Assembly (NCBI GenBank): GCA_964057225.1
Contig: OZ059894.1
Span: forward strand, 12,586,001 to 12,650,000
From: Auanema rhodensis
Lineage: Eukaryota > Animalia > Nematoda
Reading direction: 5' to 3'
Length of the DNA: 64,000 nucleotides
Shown here: one piece after another, positions 54,901 through 64,000 of the stretch
Layout: each line of letters starts with the position of its first letter
Numbering within the stretch: position 1 is the stretch's first letter
The notes under the pieces: model-generated
Told to the model about the DNA's origin: nothing
Database searches by the model: none
The model's input: only the letters and a program-made list of their open reading frames with translations
Translations under genes and position numbers: made by a program

Positions 54901-57900
54901 AGAGTAAAATGAATTGGAAAATTATAAAATATTTTCATGTTTTATTTCTTGAGTTTCAAAATATTCAAACTTTTTTTTTTCACTGTTTAAAATCTTAATG
55001 AACGAATGAATTGTTTCAAAACTATTGTAAAAATATGAGATTGTTTCAAAATACGTGATTAAATGAAGAAAATGGAGTAAAATGAATTGGAAAATTATAA
55101 AATATTTCCATGTTTTATTTTCTTAGTATCAGAAAATTCAAATTAAGATCGTTTTTAATGTTTCAAATCTCAATGAACGAATGAATTGTTTCAAAACTAT
55201 TGTAAAAATATGAGATTGTTTCAAAATACGTGATTAAATGAAGAAAATGGAGTAAAATGAATTGGAAAATTATAAAATATTTTCATGTTTTATTTCTTGA
55301 GTATCAAAATATTTAAACTTTTTTTTTTCACTGTTTAAAATCTTAATGAACGAATGAATTGTTTCAAAACTATTGTAAAAATATGAGATTGTTTCAAAAT
55401 ACGTGATTAAATGAAGAAAATGGAGTAAAATGAATTGGAAAATTATAAAATATTTCCATGTTTTATTTTTTTAGTATCAGAAAATTCAAATTAAGATCGT
55501 TTTTAATGTTTCAAATCTCAATGAACGAATGAATTGTTTCAAAACTATTGTAAAAATATGAGATTGTTTCAAAATACGTGATCAAATGAAGAAAATAGAG
55601 TAAAATGAATTGGAAAATTATAAAATATTTTCATGTTTTATTTTTTGAGTATCAAAATATTCGAAATTATAACTTCTTTACTGTTAAAAACATTATTAAC
55701 TGGATGATTTGTTTCGAAATTATTGTAAAAATATGAGATTGTTTCAAAATACGTGATTAAATGAAGAAAATAGAGTAAAATGAATTGGAAAATTTTAAAA
55801 TATTTTCATGTTTTATTTTTTGAGTATCGAAATATTTAAAATTATATCTTCTTTACTGTTAAAAACATTATTAAATGAATGATTTGTTTCGAAATTATTG
55901 TAAAATTTAAAATTGTTCCAAGAAACATAATTAAATGAAGAAAATGGAGTAAAATGAATTGGAAAATTATAAAATATTTTCATGTTTCATTTTTTGAGTA
56001 TCAAATAAATTAAAATTATATCTACTTTACTGTTAAAAACATTATTAACTGGATTATTTATTTCGAAATTATTGTAAAATTTAAAATTGTTCCAAGAAAC
56101 ATAATTAAATGAAGAAAATAGAGTAAAATGAATTGGAAAATTTTAAAATATTTTCATGTTTTATTTTCTTAGTATCAGAAAATTCAAATTAAGATCGTTT
56201 TTAATGTTTCAAATCTTAATGAACGAATTAATTGTTTCAAAACTATTGTAAAAATATGAGATTGTTTCAAAATACGTGATTAAATGAAGGAAATGGAGTA
56301 AAATGAATTGGAAAAATATAAAATATTTTCATGTTTTATTTCTTGAGTTTCAAAATATTCAAACTTTTTTTTTTCACTGTTCAAAATCTTAATGAACGAA
56401 TGAATTGTTTCAAAACTATTGTAAAAATTTGAGATTGTTTCAAAATACGTGATTAAATGAAGAAAATGGAGTAAAATGAATTGGAAAATTATAAAATATT
56501 TCCATGTTTTATTTTTTTAGTATCAGAAAATTCAAATTAAGATCGTTTTTAATGTTTCAAATCTCAATGAACGAATGAATTGTTTCAAAACTATTGTGAA
56601 AATATGAGATTGTTTCAAAATACGTGATTAAATGAAGAAAATGGAGTAAAATGAATTGGAAAATTATAAAATATTTTCATGTTTTATTTCTTGAGTATCA
56701 AAATATTCAAAATTATATCTTTTTTACTGTTAAAAACATTATTAACTGGATGATTTGTTTCGAAATTATTGCAAAAATATGAGATTGTTTCAAAATACGT
56801 GATTAAATGAAGAAAATGGAGTAAAATGAATTGGAAAATTATAAAATATTTTCCTGTTTTATTTCTTGAGTTTCAAAATATTCAAACTTTTTTTTTCACT
56901 GTTTAAAATCTTAATGAACGAATGAATTGTTTCAAAACTATTGTAAAAATATGAGATTGTTTCAAAATACGTGATTAAATGAAGAAAATAGAGTAAAATG
57001 AATTGGAATATTATAAAATATTTTCATGTTTTATTTCTTGAGTATCAAAATATTCAAACTTTTTTTTTTCACTGTTTAAAATCTTAATGAACGAATGAAT
57101 TGTTTCAAAACTATTGTAAAAATATGAGATTGTTTCAAAATACGTGATTAAATGAAGAAAATGGAGTAAAATGAATTGGAAAATTATAAAATATTTTCCT
57201 GTTTTATTTCTTGAGTTTCAAAATATTCAAACTTTTTTTTTCACTGTTTAAAATCTTAATGAACGAATGAATTGTTTCAAAACTATTGTAAAAATATGAG
57301 ATTGTTTCAAAATACGTGATTAAATGAAGAAAATGGAATAAAATGAATTGGAAAATTATAAAATATTTCCATGTTTTATTTTTTTAGTATCAGAAAATTC
57401 AAATTAAGATCGTTTTTAATGTTTCAAATCTCAATGAACGAATGAATTGTTTCAAAACTATTGTAAAAATATGAGATTGTTTCAAAATACGTGATTAAAT
57501 GAAGAAAATGGAGTAAAATGAATTGGAAAATTATAAAATATTTTCATGTTTTATTTCTTGAGTTTCAAAATATTCAAACTTTTTTTTTTCACTGTTTAAA
57601 ATCTTAATGAACGAATGAATTGTTTCAAAACTATTGTAAAAATATGAGATTGTTTCAAAATACGTGATTAAATGAAGAAAATGGAGTAAAATGAATTGGA
57701 AAATTATAAAATATTTTCATGTTTTATTTCTTGAGTTTCAAAATATTCAAACTTTTTTTTTTCACTGTTTAAAATCTTAATGAACGAATGAATTGTTTCA
57801 AAACTATTGTAAAAATATGAGATTGTTTCAAAATACGTGATTAAATGAAGAAAATGGAGTAAAATGAATTGGAAAATTATAAAATATTTCCATGTTTTAT

Positions 57901-59930
57901 TTTTTTAGTATCAGAAAATTCAAATTAAGATCGTTTTTAATGTTTCAAATCTCAATGAACGAATGAATTGTTTCAAAACTATTGTAAAAATATGAGATTG
58001 TTTCAAAATACGTGATCAAATGAAGAAAATAGAGTAAAATGAATTGGAAAATTATAAAATATTTTCATGTTTTATTTTTTGAGTATCAAAATATTTGAAA
58101 TTATAACTTCTTTACTGTTAAAAACATTATTAACTGGATGATTTGTTTCGAAATTATTGTAAAAATATGAGATTGTTTCAAAATACGTGATTAAATGAAG
58201 AAAATAGAGTAAAATGAATTGGAAAATTTTAAAATATTTTCATGTTTTATTTTTTGAGTATCGAAATATTTAAAATTATATCTTCTTTACTGTTAAAAAC
58301 ATTATTAAATGAATGATTTGTTTCGAAATTATTGTAAAATTTAAAATTGTTCCAAGAAACATAATTAAATGAAGAAAATGGAGTAAAATGAATTGGAAAA
58401 TTATAAAATATTTTCATGTTTCATTTTTTGAGTATCAAATAAATTAAAATTATATCTACTTTACTGTTAAAAACATTATTAACTGGATTATTTATTTCGA
58501 AATTATTGTAAAATTTGAAATTGTTCCAAGAAACATAATTAAATGAAGAAAATAGAGTAAAATGAATTGGAAAATTTTAAAATATTTTCATGTTTTATTT
58601 TCTTAGTATCAGAAAATTCAAATTAAGATCGTTTTTAATGTTTCAAATCTTAATGAACGAATTAATTGTTTCAAAACTATTGTAAAAATATGAGATTGTT
58701 TCAAAATACGTGATTAAATGAAGAAAATGGAGTAAAATGAATTGGAAAATTATAAAATATTTTCATGTTTTATTTCTTGAGTATCAAAATATTCAAAATT
58801 ATATCTTTTTTACTGTTAAAAACATTATTAACTGGATGATTTGTTTCGAAATTATTGCAAAAATATGAGATTGTTTCAAAATACGTGATTAAATGAAGAA
58901 AATGGAGTAAAATGAATTGGAAAATTATAAAATATTTTCCTGTTTTATTTCTTGAGTTTCAAAATATTCAAACTTTTTTTTTCACTGTTTAAAATCTTAA
59001 TGAACGAATGAATTGTTTCAAAACTATTGTAAAAATATGAGATTGTTTCAAAATACGTGATTAAATGAAGAAAATAGAGTAAAATGAATTGGAATATTAT
59101 AAAATATTTTCATGTTTTATTTCTTGAGTATCAAAATATTCAAACTTTTTTTTTTCACTGTTTAAAATCTTAATGAACGAATGAATTGTTTCAAAACTAT
59201 TGTAAAAATATGAGATTGTTTCAAAATACGTGATTAAATGAAGAAAATGGAGTAAAATGAATTGGAAAATTATAAAATATTTTCCTGTTTTATTTCTTGA
59301 GTTTCAAAATATTCAAACTTTTTTTTTCACTGTTTAAAATCTTAATGAACGAGTGAATTGTTTCAAAACTATTGTAAAAATATGAGATTGTTTCAAAATA
59401 CGTGATTAAATGAAGAAAATAGAGTAAAATGAATTGGAATATTATAAAATATTTTCATGTTTTATTTCTTGAGTATCAAAATATTCAAACTTTTTTTTTT
59501 CACTGTTTAAAATCTTAATGAACGAATGAATTGTTTCAAAACTATTGTAAAAATATGAGATTGTTTCAAAATACGTGATTAAATGAAGAAAATGGAGTAA
59601 AATGAATTGGAAAATTATAAAACATTTTCATGTTTTATTTCTTGAGTTTCAAAATATTCAAACTTTTTTTTTTCACTGTTTAAAATCTTAATGAACGAAT
59701 GAATTGTTTCAAAACTATTGTAAAAATATGAGATTGTTTCAAAATACGTGATTAAATGAAGAAAATGGAGTAAAATGAATTGGAAAATTATAAAATATTT
59801 CCATGTTTTATTTTCTTAGTATCAGAAAATTCAAATTAAGATCGTTTTTAATGTTTCAAATCTTAATGAACGAATTAATTGTTTCACAACTATTGTAAAA
59901 ATATGAGATTGTTTCAAAATACGTGATTAA
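49000..59930 (+). repeat. ~37-monomer block duplication (offset 6434, later 6260)
   Basis: TGATCA at 49149/55583 and 51583/58017, and 'tgtgaaaat' at 50161/56595 (6434). Private 'aacattttca' at 53361/59621 (6260). Confidence 0.85.
49147..51580 (+). repeat. 14-monomer higher-order repeat unit, 2434 bp (C1-C3'-C2-B*-A-B-C0-A9-A-A9-B-A-A-B); second full copy at 55581-58014, partial or expanded copies on either side
   Basis: TGATCA at 49149/51583 and 55583/58017 (2434). Summed monomer lengths equal 2434. The preceding C0 lies 3130 = 2434 + 696 upstream. Confidence 0.9.
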
Positions 59931-62900
59931 ATGAAGAAAATAGAGTAAAATGAATTGGAATATTATAAAATATTTTCATGTTTTATTTCTTGAGTATCAA
60001 AATATTCAAACTTTTTTTTTTCACTGTTTAAAATCTTAATGAACGAATGAATTGTTTCAAAACTATTGTAAAAATATGAGATTGTTTCAAAATACGTGAT
60101 TAAATGAAGAAAATGGAGTAAAATGAATTGGAAAATTATAAAATATTTTCATGTTTTATTTCTTGAGTTTCAAAATATTCAAACTTTTTTTTTTCACTAT
60201 TCAAAATCTTAATGAACGAATGAATTGTTTCAAAACTATTGTAAAAATTTGAGATTGTTTCAAAATACGTGATTAAATGAAGAAAATGGAGTAAAATGAA
60301 TTGGAAAATTATAAAATATTCCCATGTTTTATTTTCTTAGTATCAGAAAATTCAAATTGAGATCGTTTTTAATGTTTCAAATCTTAATGAACGAATGAAT
60401 TGTTTCGAAACTATTGTAAAAATATGAGATTGTTTCAAAATACGTGATTAAATGAAGAAAATAGAGTAAAATGAATTGGAATATTATAAAATATTTTCAT
60501 GTTTTATTTCTTGAGTATCAAAATATTCAAACTTTTTTTTTTCACTGTTTAAAATCTTAATGAACGAATGAATTGTTTCAAAACTATTGTAAAAATTTGA
60601 GATTGTTTCAAAATACGTGATTAAATGAAGAAAATAGAGTAAAATGAATTGGAAAATTATAAAATATTTTCATGTTTTATTTCTTGAGTTTCAAAATATT
60701 CAAACTTTTTTTTTTCACTGTTTAAAATCTTAATGAACGAATGAATTGTTTCAAAACTATTGTAAAAATATGAGATTGTTTCAAAATACGTGATTAAATG
60801 AAGAAAATGGAGTAAAATGAATTGGAAAATTATAAAATATTTCCATGTTTTATTTTCTTAGTATCAGAAAATTCAAATTAAGATCGTTTTTAATGTTTCA
60901 AATCTCAATGAACGAATGAATTGTTTCAAAACTATTGTAAAAATATGAGATTGTTTCAAAATACGTGATTAAATGAAGAAAATGGAGTAAAATGAATTGG
61001 AAAATTATAAAATATTTTCATGTTTTATTTCTTGAGTATCAAAATATTTAAACTTTTTTTTTTCACTGTTTAAAATCTTACAGAACGAATGAATTGTTTC
61101 AAAACTATTGTAAAAATTTGAGATTGTTTCAAAATACGTGATTAAATGAAGAAAATGGAGTAAAATAAATTGGAAAATTATAAAATATTTCCATGTTTTA
61201 TTTTCTTAGTATCAGAAAATTCAAATTAAGATCGTTTTTAATGTTTCAAATCTTAATGAACGAATTAATTGTTTCAAAACTATTGTAAAAATATGAGATT
61301 GTTTCAAAATACGTGATTAAATGAAGGAAATGGAGTAAAATGAATTGGAAAATTATAAAATATTTTCATGTTTTATTTCTTGAGTTTCAAAATATTCAAA
61401 CTTTTTTTTTTCACTGTTCAAAATCTTAATGAACGAATGAATTGTTTCAAAACTATTGTAAAAATTTGAGATTGTTTCAAAATACGTGATTAAATGAAGA
61501 AAATGGAGTAAAATGAATTGGAAAATTATAAAATATTTCCATGTTTTATTTTTTTAGTATCAGAAAATTCAAATTAAGATCGTTTTTAATGTTTCAATTC
61601 TCAATGAACGAATGAATTGTTTCAAAACTATTGTAAAAATATGAGATTGTTTCAAAATACGTGATTAAATGAAGAAAATAGAGTAAAATGAATTGGAATA
61701 TTATAAAATATTTTCATGTTTTATTTCTTGAGTATCAAAATATTCAAACTTTTTTTTTTCACTGTTTAAAATCTTAATGAACGAATGAATTGTTTCAAAA
61801 CTATTGTAAAAATATGAGATTGTTTCAAAATACGTGATTAAATGAAGAAAATGGAGTAAAATGAATTGGAAAATTATAAAATATTTCCATGTTTTATTTT
61901 CTTAGTATCAGAAAATTCAAATTAAGATCGTTTTTAATGTTTCAAATCTTAATGAACGAATGAATTGTTTCGAAACTATTGTAAAAATATGAGATTGTTT
62001 CAAAATACGTGATTAAATGAAGAAAATAGAGTAAAATGAATTGGAATATTATAAAATATTTTCATGTTTTATTTCTTGAGTATCAAAATATTCAAACTTT
62101 TTTTTTTCACTGTTCAAAATCTTAATTAACGAATGAATTGTTTCAAAACTATTGTAAAAATTTGAGATTGTTTCAAAATACGTGATTAAATGAAGAAAAT
62201 AGAGTAAAATGAATTGGAAAATTATAAAATATTTTCATGTTTTATTTCTTGAGTTTCAAAATATTCAAACTTTTTTTTTTCACTGTTTAAAATCTTAATG
62301 AACGAATGAATTGTTTCAAAACTATTATAAAAATATGAGATTGTTTCAAAATACGTGATTAAATGAAGAAAATGGAGTAAAATGAATTGGAAAATTATAA
62401 AATATTTCCATGTTTTATTTTCTTAGTATCAGAAAATTCAAATTAAGATCGTTTTTAATGTTTCAAATCTCAATGAACGAATGAATTGTTTCAAAACTAT
62501 TGTAAAAATATGAGATTGTTTCAAAATACGTGATTAAATGAAGAAAATGGAGTAAAATGAATTGGAAAATTATAAAATATTTCCATGTTTTATTTTCTTA
62601 GTATCAGAAAATTCAAATTAAGATCGTTTTTAATGTTTCAAATCTTAATGAACGAATGAATTGTTTCGAAACTATTGTAAAAATATGAGATTGTTTCAAA
62701 ATACGTGATTAAATGAAGAAAATAGAGTAAAATGAATTGGAATATTATAAAATATTTTCATGTTTTATTTCTTGAGTATCAAAATATTCAAACTTTTTTT
62801 TTTCACTGTTTAAAATCTTGATGAACGAATGAATTGTTTCAAAACTATTGTAAAAATTTGAGATTGTTTCAAAATACGTGATTAAATGAAGAAAATAGAG

Positions 62901-64000
62901 TAAAATGAATTGGAAAATTATAAAATATTTTCATGTTTTATTTCTTGAGTTTCAAAATATTCAAACTTTTTTTTTTCACTGTTTAAAATCTTAATGAACG
63001 AATGAATTGTTTCAAAACTATTGTAAAAATATGAGATTGTTTCAAAATACGTGATTAAATGAAGAAAATGGAGTAAAATGAATTGGAAAATTATAAAATA
63101 TTTCCATGTTTTATTTTCTTAGTATCAGAAAATTCAAATTAAGATCGTTTTTAATGTTTCAAATCTTAATGAACGAATTAATTGTTTCAAAACTATTGTA
63201 AAAATATGAGATTGTTTCAAAATACGTGATTAAATGAAGAAAATAGAGTAAAATGAATTGGAATATTATAAAATATTTTCATGTTTTATTTCTTGAGTAT
63301 CAAAATATTCAAACTTTTTTTTTTCACTGTTTAAAATCTTGATGAACGAATGAATTGTTTCAAAACTATTGTAAAAATTTGAGATTGTTTCAAAATACGT
63401 GATTAAATGAAGAAAATAGAGTAAAATGAATTGGAAAATTATAAAATATTTTCATGTTTTATTTCTTGAGTTTCAAAATATTCAAACTTTTTTTTTTCAC
63501 TGTTTAAAATCTTAATGAACGAATGAATTGTTTCAAAACTATTGTAAAAATATGAGATTGTTTCAAAATACGTGATTAAATGAAGAAAATGGAGTAAAAT
63601 GAATTGGAAAATTATAAAATATTTCCATGTTTTATTTTCTTAGTATCAGAAAATTCAAATTAAGATCGTTTTTAATGTTTCAAATCTTAATGAACGAATT
63701 AATTGTTTCAAAACTATTGTAAAAATATGAGATTGTTTCAAAATACGTGATTAAATGAAGAAAATGGAGTAAAATGAATTGGAAAATTATAAAATATTTC
63801 CATGTTTTATTTTCTTAGTATCAGAAAATTCAAATTAAGATCGTTTTTAATGTTTCAAATCTTAATGAACGAATTAATTGTTTCAAAACTATTGTAAAAA
63901 TTTGAGATTGTTTCAAAATACGTGATTAAATGAAGAAAATGGAGTAAAATGAATTGGAAAATTATAAAATATTCCCATGTTTTATTTTCTTAGTATCAGA

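Larger units (their letters stand above)
1..64000. repeat. AT-rich tandem satellite array, ~173-175 bp monomer, ~368 head-to-tail copies, extending past both window edges; probably centromeric/pericentromeric satellite
   Basis: Anchor TACGTG recurs at 73, 246, 421 (spacings 173, 175) and this periodicity continues to the end. About 35 G+C per 173 bp. No unique sequence or orientation switch seen. Centromeric assignment is inferred only from monomer size and higher-order organisation. Confidence 0.98.

Noticed and set aside
1-64000. CRISPR-like appearance (recurring GTTTCAA motifs about every 30 bp)
   Set aside because: The intervening sequences are identical from monomer to monomer rather than unique spacers. 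There is no leader and no cas gene.
1-64000. Assignment to alpha satellite, CEN178 or another named satellite family
   Set aside because: Only the monomer length is similar. I recognise no sequence similarity and cannot run a database search.

Overview
The whole 64-kb window is one uninterrupted, head-to-tail, very AT-rich (~80% AT, counted on one monomer) tandem satellite array of ~174-bp monomers, about 368 copies (64000/174), all in one orientation. I found no credible gene, RNA gene, transposon, inversion or CRISPR array. The single listed ORF is a by-product of a 1-bp deletion in one monomer. Three monomer classes share a nearly invariant ~60-bp core (attaaatgaagaaaatRgagtaaaatgaattggaaaattataaaatatttYcatgttt). 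Class A is 173 bp with a C-T10-CACTG tail. Class B is 175 bp with a TTAAGATCG tail. The more diverged C family is 174-175 bp, carries AAAAACATTATT, has subtypes C0-C3 and numbers about 61 copies by manual count. The structure worth studying is the order of the monomers. Private SNPs reveal nested higher-order repeats and block duplications of 4, 5, 6, 7, 11, 14, 37, 40 and ~51-52 monomers, regional domains with different repeat units, a 5-SNP gene-conversion-like patch, chimeric monomers, and a return of the same variant order ~56.7 kb later. This resembles a eukaryotic centromeric or pericentromeric satellite with a nucleosome-sized monomer. The species, family name and centromere function cannot be established from sequence alone. 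All counts and offsets were made by hand.
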